Position numbers and translations under genes: made by a program | The notes under the pieces: model-generated | Databases searched by the model: none | Told to the model about the DNA's origin: nothing | Seen by the model: the letters and a program-made list of their open reading frames with translations, nothing else | Part shown: positions 22,621 to 34,800 of the stretch, one piece after another | Layout of the letters: each line of letters starts with the position of its first letter | Numbering within the stretch: the first letter of the stretch is position 1 | NCBI GenBank assembly: GCA_035084275.1 | Contig: CM068777.1 | Location: 1,116,001 to 1,180,000, forward strand | Direction of reading: 5' to 3' | Source: Hydrolagus colliei | Taxonomy: Eukaryota | Length of the DNA: 64,000 bases

Positions 22621-22792
22621 ATACAGTATGGTGTCTCCTCCCGGTTGCTGAGGAGGAAGAGAGAGAGACATAGAGTGGGATACACACACACTAAGAGAGA
22701 CAGACACAGGGAGAGGCTGCCATTTGCTGTGTATACTACACACAGAGAGACAGACACACACAGACAGCCCCCCCCCCCCCCCCGCCGCCATC

Positions 22793-22853
22793 ATGAGCAA
22801 GAGGAAGGCGCCCATGGAGAGCACCAATGAGGGCATCACTGACTTCCTCATCG
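22793..22853 (+). CDS. POLB: POLB exon 1
   Basis: [20 protein letters not shown]; |gtaatg. Confidence 0.96.
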
Positions 22854-25800
22854 GTAATGAGGGGAGTGGGGGAGGGGGGGGGCAATAAGGGGGGGTGGGG
22901 GGTAATGAGGGGAGTGGGGGGGGGGGTAATGAGGGGAGTGGGGGGGTAATGAGGAGTGGGAGGGGCGGAAATGGGAGTGGGTGGTAATGAGGGGAGTGGG
23001 GGTTGGGGTTAATGAGGGGATAATGAGGGAGGGGGGAGGAGGAGTAATCAAGAGAGGGAGGGGAGGGTGGATGTAATGGGAGGGGGGTATAATAAGGAAG
23101 CAGGGGGAGGGGTAAAAGGGTGAAGACTAAACCTCTTACATTGCCCCCCCCACACACACAACACACTCGTCCTCTCACATAATAATAATAATAATACTCC
23201 TTGCATTTGGACACAGCGCTTTTTACATGTCTCAAGCGCTTCACAGGATACACTGTAAAGTGAAGTGACTGTATGTATTTGTGGATGAAACGTGGGCACA
23301 GCAGCGTCCGTCCATCCGCACACACACACAGACGTGGGTTGTTGTGATTCAGTTTACAGTACTATTATTTGACCACTGGGCATAATAACAACAATAATAA
23401 TATGACACACAGTCACTCACTCCACTTTACGGCGTGTCCTGTGAAGCGCTTTGTGATGTGATCACAAAGCGCCAAGACAAGATATGGCGCTACATCAAAT
23501 GCGAGGATGATTATTGTCAGTCGTAATAGCAATGGCGGAAATAATAATGACAATAACACACAGCTGTAATAACAGCAACTGCCATTTTGTGGTTGTTGTA
23601 ATAATAATAATCAACACAGCAATAGTAACCATATCAAATATATGTGGAACTTCTGTAGCTCAGTGGTTAGAGCGCTCGCCTTACAAGCGCGAGACCCGTG
23701 TTCGGCAGGCAGCTCAGGGCGAATCCTTGGACAAGTTTCCTCACTCCACGCACAAACGCGCCTAATAATAATCCCTCCAAAAAAAGCCACAATAATAAAA
23801 TTGGTAATTTCAACCCACAGCTGTTTGTGGGAGGACGCTGCTGTGCGCAATTGGCTGCCGCGTTTCTCCTACAAAATATACAGTCATAAGAACATAAGAA
23901 TTAGGAGCTGGAGTAGGCCATTCAGCCCTTCGAGCCTGCTCTGCCATTCAACAAGACCATGGCTGATCTTCTGACCTAACTCTGATTACCTGCCCAATCC
24001 CCATATCCCCTAATCCCTCTATTTTTCAAAAATCTAGCAGTCTCAGCCTTGAAAATGCTTAAGGACTGAGCATCTACAGCCTTCTGGGATAGTGAATTCC
24101 ATACATTCACTACCCTCTGAGTAAAGAAATGTTTCCTCAACTCAGTTCTAAAAGGCTGACCAGTCAATTCACTTTACAGTATATTCTGTGAAGCACTTTC
24201 AAACACAGTCTAGAAGACGTGAAAAGCTCTATACCAAAGTGCAAGGATTATTAGTATTATGTGTGAGGAGAAAGATATGATGGATTAGAGCCCTCCCTGT
24301 GTTGCCTACCTTCACACAGACCCACACACTTCATCACACCCCCGTCACATATTATTATTTCTATGATTATTATTCCTGTTATTATTTCTGTGATATTATT
24401 ACAATCTTGTGATTGTTAATGAGACAAGTTGTATTTGAGCTCATTTATCGGCAAATATTTGTGACTGAAATGATGCAGAAAAGTACATAGAACATTCCAA
24501 AATTTTGACTGAATTCCTCATGAGCCTCCAGCCCTCCTAATGCTATCTCCATTACCATATAACCTATTCCTACATGTTGGCATCATCTTCCCTCTTAAAT
24601 CATTGTTGTTTTTTTGCTTCAACCGCAAGTGCCGGAGATCTCACATTCTTCCCACCCACTGTGTAATAATAACAAGCCTTGCATTTGATACAGCGCCTTA
24701 TCACGTCGATGAGACATCTCCAAGCGCTTCATAGATTATACTGTCAAGTGCAGTAACTGTATATTTTATGGACAAAACACGGCAGCCGATTGCACACAGC
24801 AGCGGCCCACAAACAGCCATGCAGTGAGTGACCGATTTTAGTTGGGGGACTGTCGGCTGGGAGAGAAAGAGCAACTCCCTTCTCTTTTTGAATAATAAAA
24901 TAAATAATAATAATAATCCTTGCATTTAAATAGCGCTTTCCATGTCTCATCGAAACTAGCATCCTAACACAAATATTTTGCCAAAGTAAATATCATCTAA
25001 TACTTTTCCAATAAAGACAGTGTCTGTTGCCTTATGAAGAACATTTTGTCTCCCAGGACATTTTGTTTGTGCAAGGATTATAACATTTATTTTAAAGGTT
25101 ATAATAATTATGCAGCACTGCAACTTTGAGCAATTAACTGTAATAAAAGACGTCCACACCCTTGGAAACCATTATTTCAATTTTAGTAAAGCTTCTGTCC
25201 TTGTCATTAGAAAGTCTTGCATAATCCAGATTTTGTTTTGACTTTGTGTTTGACGTCTTCCAACTTCTATTCATTTTTTAATCTTTATTGGAGTAATCCC
25301 TAAAAAAAAAGATAATTTGGTCACTTGACGCACAACTGTTTGTGTGACAGCGCTGTGCGCAATTGGCATAATCAACCCTGGGTATAATTACCACATATAA
25401 ATCCTTGCAGTTTAATAATAATCCTTGCCATTTGAAATAGCAACCTTCACATCAGAAGGATGTAGATTTTACTGTAAAGTGCAGTGACTGAGTGTTTTGG
25501 TGGTGAACGTGGCAGCCATTATGTTCGCACCACTGTTCAGATTGTTTGAATTATAATCGACAATAATTTTGATTTTGCAGAATTGGCGAACTTTGAAAAA
25601 AATGTGAATCGAGCCATGCACAAGTACAATGTATACAGGTGAGTTACACAATGTGAGTCTGACACAAACAGAAATCCATACCATAGAATCTCCAAAACAA
25701 GCAGAGAATTACATGCTGCCCACATGTTCGCGTAATTTCCTGAGATATTTGTTGAATGGAATGCGCTCTCTTCTCTCTCTTTCTCTCTCCCTGGAGGGAC

Positions 25801-28800
25801 GGTTTCTATTTACCTAATTCCGGAGTGTATTAAGCACAGGTTGGCGAGAGCCAAGATTTGGGGGAGCCCAGAGCGAGCGCGCGTTGGTGTAACTGCTGGA
25901 CTCTAACCAGATAAAACCATTTAGCTTGTCCATTGTGAGCGCTGGGACCACACTGCCCCACTAAGGGCCTTGGCTGCAGGGTGAACAGGAGCCAAGTGGG
26001 TTGACTGCCTACCCCAGTGACTGATCTGCCAGTCAAAGCGCTTCACAGGATATACTATAAACAACAACAACAAAATTACATTTCATGTCAGGAGGACAAG
26101 TGGTATGACCGCATTTTGTAAGACGATTTGCGATAGACAGTATCACACAAATAGCAATAAAGTCAGTGACCAATTTTTCAGAGTCTCTGGCATTGGGGTT
26201 TTAACTCACAATCCGCTGAACTGGAGTGTTGAGAGTGCTACTGACTGAGCCAGGTCCCCACGCACGCACAAGTACGTACATGACAAGATGCTGTAAAAAT
26301 GTGTGGGGGGGGGGGTTTCCGGGATTTGAGAATGTTTCTACAATCAGCATTTGTTTGTGTTGGATCTGTCTCGCAGAAAAGCAGCTTCAGTTATTGCAAA
26401 ATACCCAACAAAAATCAAGAGTGGCGCCGAGGCAAAAAAGCTGGTAAGCAGATTCCACTCTCACCCACTCTCACCCACTCTCACCACTCTCACTCTCATA
26501 AGCGATGTTTCCGGCAGTTTACTGCATCAATTTGATGTTTTCTCATTGTGCCTTAATGTTCACAGTGAACATTGTCCTGTAGCTCAGTGTTTAGAGCGCA
26601 CGTCTCGCTAGCGAGAGAATCTGGATTCAGTTCCTCTCCAGGGCGAAACCTTTGGCAAGTTTCCTTACTCCACACGCACACCTCGGTTTACTTATCAGTA
26701 AGTAGGACCCAGTTGTTAGTCGATTGGTGGATTGCTAATAATCCCTCCCAAAAAAGTAAATAAAGTAAAAATGTGGTCATTGAATCTACGACTGTTTGCA
26801 GGACGCTTCTGAGCGCAATTGGCTGCCACGTTTCGCCCACAAATGTACAGTCAATTCACTTCACAGTATATCTTGTGAGGCACTTTGAGATGTCTCAATG
26901 ATGTGACGAGGTGCTGTGTCAGATGCCAGGATTTTTATTCTAAGTGAAACATCACAGCGATGCACATTATTTAAATTACGTTTTGCGGTTATTGCACTGT
27001 GGCTTATATGCCACGATTCCGTGACTGAGAGAGTGGCCAAACATCAGCTAACTCCACTTTTAAACACGCTACACGGAAATCCGTGGGAGCAAGCTGTGAC
27101 TTGATCAGACTATTACTTTTCTCAGCCTTATTCACTGTAGGAAAGCATCTGGGCGACACTTTGTTTCTCCCCTCAGACACAAGTGAAGCTGTGACATTGC
27201 CAGATGTTTTACCAATCTTAAAAACTTCAGTAAAATACTTGTTTACATGTGGAACTGATTGTCATTGTTTACAACAGTCTTTGCCAATTGTAAATTGAGG
27301 TAAAGCTTGGCTCATTTCAGATATCCAGCATTTTCAGCGCCCTGGGACATCCTCCTGACATGAAAGGCACTGCACAAATATTATTTACTGTTGTTTTCCT
27401 GTCCTGAGCTATTGAACTTTCCACTGTATAATATTTGTGCCACATTTTCAGGAGGGAGTTGGCGATAAGATTGCGAAGAAAATCGACGAATTTTTAGCAA
27501 CAGGGAAGCTACAGAAACTGGAGAAGGTACTCACACCATCAATTGACTTGCTGTTTTCAGCACTGCCTTCAGCCTCTCTGCCCACACCGTCTGGAACTCC
27601 ATCCCATAGTCCCCCGGCCTCACCCCTTCCGTTGCCTCCTTCAAGGCCTGTCTCGACCCTTCTTTTGGCCCGTGCCGTCTACTGTCCTTCCCCTGCCCTC
27701 CATGCTTCCTGATCCTAACCCACAGCTCGGGTTCAAATCCCTGTACAGCGCCTTGGGACGTCCTCCCGATGTGACAGGCACTGTGTCAATGCCATCTGTT
27801 GTTGTAATTGTATTGTCGATTCACAACCATCTTACGGGACTCTGCCCATCATCAAATCACACCTGAAGATTTTCCCATCAGCCGAGTCTTCGGTCACCTC
27901 CCTTCTCTTTCCAAATTGACGTCAGAAAACGCATTTAAACGCTCCCAAACATGACCCTACTTGAAGAAAGCTGTAAAAATTCAAGTAATTGTGGTTGGAT
28001 CACCGAGGAATTGATTCCATATTACTTTACATTGAATATCCTGTCTTCCTCTTGCAGATTCGTCAAGATGACGTCAGTTCATCCATTAACTTTTTAACTC
28101 GAGTGACTGGAATAGGGTAATCGTCCCATTTATTATTTTCTTGCAATATTTCAGCATTCTCTTAATAGTATGAATCAGTCTCACAATTTCTCTTTGGTGA
28201 AAGACTACATGAGACATTCAACTCAGTTGTGTTAATAATAATAATCCTTGCATTTTATATAGTGCTTTTTATTTCTTCTAACCGTTTCAGAGCGCTTCAT
28301 AGAATATACTGTAAAGTGAATTGACTGTATACGTGGGCAAAATCCAGCAGCCAATTGTGCATAGCAGCGTCCACACAAATAGTCTCTGATTGGTTTTTTT
28401 GGGGAAATTATTATTAGGCATGTGGAGCAAGGAAACCTGCCCAAGGTTACGCCCTGACTTGCCTGGAATCGAACCCAGGTCTCTCGCTTATAAGGCGAGT
28501 ACTCTAACTGCTGAGCTACTGGACTTCATGTTTGTATGTCGTGTATTGCTCGGTTTGATGACTGAGAGACTGGGTTACAGTCTGGTGTTTGATTAATTTC
28601 TCATGTTCTTCACTGTGCCTTTATCAAGTTGTTTAATTAAATTGGGATCTGCGTTTCGCCCATAAACATACAGTCCATTCACTTTACAGTATATTCTGTG
28701 AAGCACTTTCAGATATCTAAGTCCCTCTCTTCTCAGCTTCAGGTCCCAGCTGAAGACCTTTCTCGTCGACCGCGCCTTTGGTCACCTTTCTCCCCCTGCC

Positions 28801-31800
28801 CCTGGCTCGGTCCTGGGATCCGCTATTGTGAAGCGCTCTGAGAAGCTGTCCGGCAGGGAGGGCGCCAAATAAATCCAAGTAATTGTTGTTGTCTAGAAGA
28901 GGTGAAAAGCACAATTTCAAATGTAAGGATTATTATTATTTGTTTCTGTCCATAATAAAAATCCCTGGGACTATAAACAGTGGCACACACTAGTTGGGCT
29001 GAATGGCTGTTTCCATGCTGTACAGTCTGTGTATATCTTTCACTCTAAAGCTGGAGACTAAAATGATGGTGGGGGAGAAGTGAATGGAAATAAAATAACT
29101 GAGTTTGAAAAGTGTATTTCTCTAACGCCAGAGCAGCTGTGATGTATTATGCTCTTTTGTTATTTTATAACAAACGTTTAGGGTATGGGAGAATGTTACT
29201 GAAATAGTTCTTAACCTTTACTATTAATAATTCATCATTATTATTATTCTTGATCTGTAGTCCTGCCGCAGCCAGGAAGCTTGTGGATGAAGGAGTCAAA
29301 AACTTGGAAGGCAAGTTTTAAATCCCTTCGTGCCCTGACACCTCCCTAACCTCTCTGACCTGCTAACTCCCCATTCCACTACCTCTAACCTCCTGCTTGT
29401 TCCCTCATTCCCCTAATCCACAGGACATGTGTGCAGGAGTCGTACTCCAGCAACTTGGGATGTCCTCCCGACGTGAAAGGCGCTATACAAATGTAATTTT
29501 GTCGTTGTTGTCATCTAAATGTCGTTTAATGCTATCAAATATGATGGATGTGATAACCTATTTCTGTTTTATGTTTTCAGATCTGAGGAATAATGAAGAT
29601 AAGTTAAATTATCACCAGAGGATCGGTTTGAAGTATGTATTTTTATGTTTTCAGCCATTATATTTACAGTGGGTAAAATGCTGAAAGAATTTATTTGTGT
29701 AAAAAGAAAATAAAACACTTTTGTTTCTGCTGGATAAGAAACTTATGGTAGACAACAAGGTTCCAATTGTTAGTCGATTGGCAGGTCACTGTTTGTGTGG
29801 GACACTGCTGTGCGCAATTGATTGATGCATTTCGCCCGCAAAATACAGTCACTACACTTTACATCGTATATTCTGTGAAGTGCTTTGAGACATCGTAAAA
29901 TCGTGATAAGGCACTGTATCAAATGTAAGTACAGTAAAAACCCATTTATCCGGCACCCTCGGGACCTGGCCAATGCCGGTTAAGCGACACGCCGGATATT
30001 CAGGCTGATCCGACGCCAAAAACCCAACACAAAAAAAATTAACTTATTTTAACACATACCATATTAATAATCGACTCAATAATAACACATGATAACAGAC
30101 GTTATTCACCTAAAAATCACCTTTGCTGGTAGATGCCTGGTTTGAAATCACGATCTTGGGGTAGAGGTGTACAGTCTATCCTCTACAATACTGATGCGAG
30201 GGAAACAAAGGGCAGTGCAACTTGAAGGCTCAACTAGTGGCAAGCCGAAATACCAATGCGAGGGAAAAAAACGGCAGCACCACCGCGTTTGTGCCGGATA
30301 AGATCTGGTTAATCGAATGGGGACTTTTTTTAACGTGCCAGTTATACGGAAGTTACGGTTAAATGGGTCACAGATAAACGGGCTTTTACTGTATTATTAT
30401 CACGGGGTTGGATTGCTGTGTGCATCGCGCAATATTATCTGGGATGTTGATTAGAAGCAAGGGTCCTCCACCATGGCACGGAGAACAAAGCACAAATTCA
30501 AATTGAGCTCATGAACAAAGGGCATTTCTATTCCAATGAATATCTCTGGAACTTCCCTGTGTAGGGTGGGAGGCATTGAATTCTCATCTTAGGTTTGGAG
30601 ACTCTTAAGCAACGATGATGCATGTCCGCGTGTATCAGACACCTGGCTGACACTCAAAAAAATCTTGGTCAAAGTATTTATGCTGTGACTAGTGAAAAGG
30701 CTGGTATCACAATGGCTATCCTGATTGTACCTGCAGGTATTTTGAAGATTTTGAGAAGAGAATTCCTCGAAATGAAATGTTGAAAATGCAGGTAAATAAA
30801 ATAAAACAGCGGCAGTTTGGGCATTTATACAGCATCTGGTTTAGGTGAGTAATCTGCAAACACTTCACAACGTCACTGGGGAACGAGTCTCAGGGTTTGA
30901 GGGTTACCCAGAAGTCAGAAGCTGTTACAACAGGAAATTGCATTTACACAGCACCCTTCTCGGAGGGCAGCATCTCGCAGAATGAAACTTAGCCTGCGCT
31001 ATGGCTTAGCATACAGAACATCTGCGACCTACTCACAACCGTCCCATGTGAAAACTGTTTGTGCTGTGTCTCCTCAGGACCTCGTTCTGGAAGAAATAAA
31101 CAAGTTGGATCCAGATTACATCTCCACTGTTTGTGGTAGTTTCAGACGAGGTTGGTGCTGCCTACTTTTAATTCTAGATAATAACACCTTGGGACATCCT
31201 CTCGATGCGAAGGGCATGATACAAATGTAATTTTTGATGTTGAAGACATGAGTTTGATTCCCAGGCCAGGGCAAAATGTTGGGCAAGATTCCTGTTTGTG
31301 GGACACTGCTGTGTTCAGTTCAACCGAAGACAACACTAACTTGTTCAGACAGACAGAGCTGTGGGGCTTTACTGAGGGTGGTTTTGACTCCAGGGGAAAT
31401 GAAATCGAGACAAACGCAGAATCCAGAATACTCCTCAGTTACTCAGCTCCCATTCGCAGCCCATTGCCAACCTCAAACATTGTGAAACTGAGACCTTGTA
31501 AAGAGATGGACAAACTAATTGCATATTTTTCCTGGTTCTCATGGAGTACACAATAACAGGAAGCCTCAGTCAGAGCACGACTGGTGCTCGTATTTGTGCC
31601 TTGGTTTACCATAGATTTCAGTCATTCAGTTACCAGAAACCTTCAGCAAGTTTCGTTACGCCACGTTCCTTATTATAATAATCCTTGCATTTGATATAGC
31701 ATTTTTCATGTCTTCTCGATGTCTCAAAGCGCTTCACAGAATATACTGTAAAGTGAATTGACTGCATAGTTGTGGGCAAAACACTGCAGCCAATTGTGCA

Positions 31801-34800
31801 CAGCAGTGTCTCCCACAAACAGTCGTGGGTTGAAATGACCAATTTTATTATTGTGGTTTTTTTTTGAGGAATTATTATTAGGCGTGTGGAGTAAGGAAAC
31901 TTTCCCAAGTTTTCACCCTGACCTGCCTGGGTTCGAGCACTGGTCTCACGCTTATAAGGCAAGTGCTCTAACCTACTGAGCTACAGGAGCTCCACGTTTA
32001 GCTGTTGTTTACCTAGCAGTAAATATGGACCTGGTCAATTCCAGGTGGCTTTCCAGATGGAATAATCCCTTCAATTTTTTTAAAATAGTCATAATTTGGT
32101 CATTCATTCTACAAGTGCGTGTGGGACTCTGTTAGAGCATGCCCACAAAATACACAGTTAATCTACAGTATATTCTTTGAGACGTCTCAATGACACAATG
32201 AGGCACTCTAAAACATAAGGATTATTATTATCTTGATGTTGGTATGAGGGAATGGGAATTTTGAACGCTGACATCTGTCCATTCTGTTTGGAAAACATTA
32301 TTTTAGTTGGTTTATTAATATCTTAAAAATAGAATTCAGCATGGGCACAAATTTAAAAATAATTTGTGTTATAGAAATATGTCATAGCTTATAAACCACA
32401 AAGATTGAAGCAAAGATCTCAAATGACTTGCTTTCAAACAAGCAGCTTGCTTGGTACAGTAAAAGCCCGTTTATCTGGCTAATGCCGGTTAAAGCGCCTG
32501 CCGGATATTTGGCCTGCACCCAATAAACCCACCAAAAAAATTTAATTTATTTTAACACACACCAGACTAAATAATAACAGATAATAACAGAATATTGTAT
32601 TGGTACTTACTGTTAAAACTGCTCTCTTGCGCTTCTCATCTTTACTAATTGAGGTTTACAGTCCAGCGATTCTTTTTTAAATGGAGGACGCCAAGTGGGT
32701 GAAAAAAACGGCAGCGCCATTTTAAAGTCGCACAACTTTACTAACGGCGAGCCGAAATACTGCACCTGCGTGACAATGTGGGTTATCGGCTAGCGTTATC
32801 GGCTTGCTGCTGGTGTGGCTTTAAAATTGCGCCCGCTTGGCGTGCTCCATTTTAAAAAGAATCACTGGACTCAACGATTGGACTCAACCTCATGGCTTCA
32901 AGCGCATCATCTATCAGTAAAGGTGAGAAACGCAAGAGAGTAGTTTCAACAATAAGTACCGATTCAATGTTATCTTATTATTTATGCGTTTACAAATGCT
33001 CCACCGCTATTGTTCCGGATAAGTTCCGATTTATCGAATGGGGACTTTTTTTTGGTGTGCCGGTTATGCGGAAGTGCCAATTCATCGAGTCACGGATAAA
33101 GGAAAATCTGTGACTCGTGGTCACAGATTTAAAATACAGGTAGACCCCGCTTAACGAAAGGGTTAGGAACTTTAAAACCCTTCGTTAAGCGAAAATTTTG
33201 TTAAGCGAGAGTTTAACGGTATTACTGTATTTGGCAGCAGCCAAAACGCCCCCGACCCCAGCCTCCCCGCTAACATCAGTTTAGTTCCTAGCGGTTCCTG
33301 GTGCTAACATTTCCGGTGTACGGGTTGAGCAGCCAAAAGTCCGGAGTTCTGGAATCCGGAATGTGACAAAAATTGCAGGATCCTACTTGCTCCAGGCCAG
33401 GTCTGCACAGTCACCACACTGAAATATCCCAACCTGGACCCAGGCATTTCCGGACTCGGGACGCACTTTTTTCTTCCTCCCCCTCCTCACTTTCTCTCTA
33501 CCCCCCCCTCCCCTCTTTCTCTCTACTAGAGTCCGGCGATATATCGATATATCGCTAAAACCCGATATAATTTTCATATCGATACGCCGATAGACATTTT
33601 AAAAATATCTATATATCGAAAAAACAATATATCGAGGTAAAAAAATCGGGATGCGAGCAAACAGAACTACAAGACCCAGAATGCTCATCTCTATACACAA
33701 TGCACAGACCGAGGTGCAAAGCCGCCATATTGTATTCACAGTCCTTGAATACAATATACAGGTATACAAGGGCTGGGGGGTGAGAGAGACGGCTGGGGGG
33801 TGTGAGGGGGAGAGAGACGGCTGGGGGGAGGGGGAGAGAGATGGCTGGGGGGGGGAGAGGGGGAGAGGGACGGCTGGGGGGAGAGGGGGAGAGAGACGGC
33901 TGGGGGGAGGGGGAGAGAGATGGCTGGGGGGGGGAGAGGGGGAGAGAGACGGCTGGAGGGGGAGAGGGACGGCTGGGGGAGGGGGGGAGAGAGACGGCTG
34001 GGAGGGGGAGGAGAGGGGGAGAGAGATGGCTGGGGTGAGGGGGAGAGAGACGGCTGGGGTGGGGAGAGAGACGGCTGGGGGGGGAGGAGAGGGGGAGAGA
34101 GACGGCTGGGGGGAGGGGGAGAGAGACGGCTGTGGGGGTAGAGACGGCTGGGGGGGGGGAGACGGCTGGGGGGAGGGGGAGAGAGACAGCTGGGGTGAGA
34201 GAGATGGCTGGGGGGGGAGGGAGAAAGAGACAGCTGGGGGGGGGGGTGGGGGAGAGAGATGACGGGGGTGGGGGGTGCGAGAGAGGGACGGCGGGGGGGG
34301 GGGGAGAGAAGGGGTGGATGTGATAATATACAGATAGATAGAGATGGGGGGAATGTGAGAGAGGAGAGAGGGAGAGAGACACACAGACACACAGACAGAA
34401 AAAAACAGAGATGGAGAGAGTGAGAGACACAGAGAGAGAAAGATATTTACCTCCTGAGAAGATGGGTACCCGGAATGTGCGCTCACTCCAAATGCGCGCG
34501 CACATGCGCAGTACGAAAACCCCCAAAATATCGATATTTCGGTATATCTCGATATGAGCCCATCGATATATTTAATCGGAAAATTTCCATATTGACGGAC
34601 CCTACCCTCTATCCGCTCCTGACCATACCTCTTTCTCTCTACCCACCCTCTTCCTCTCTACTCCCCCCCCCCCCCCCCCCCACCCTCACTTTCTCTCTAC
34701 CCTCCCTCCCCTCTTTCTCTCTACTCCCCCCCGTCCTCCTCTCTTTCTCTCTACCTCCCCTCTCTATCTCTCTATCCCGCCCTATATCTCTCTATCCCCC

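Noticed and set aside
22402-23325. 307-aa minus-strand ORF and similar long Pro/Ser/Gly-rich ORFs (18446-19136, 33599-34526, 58656-59116, 63621-64000)
   Set aside because: These are translations of G-, GA- or CT-rich low-complexity tracts with no splice or codon support.
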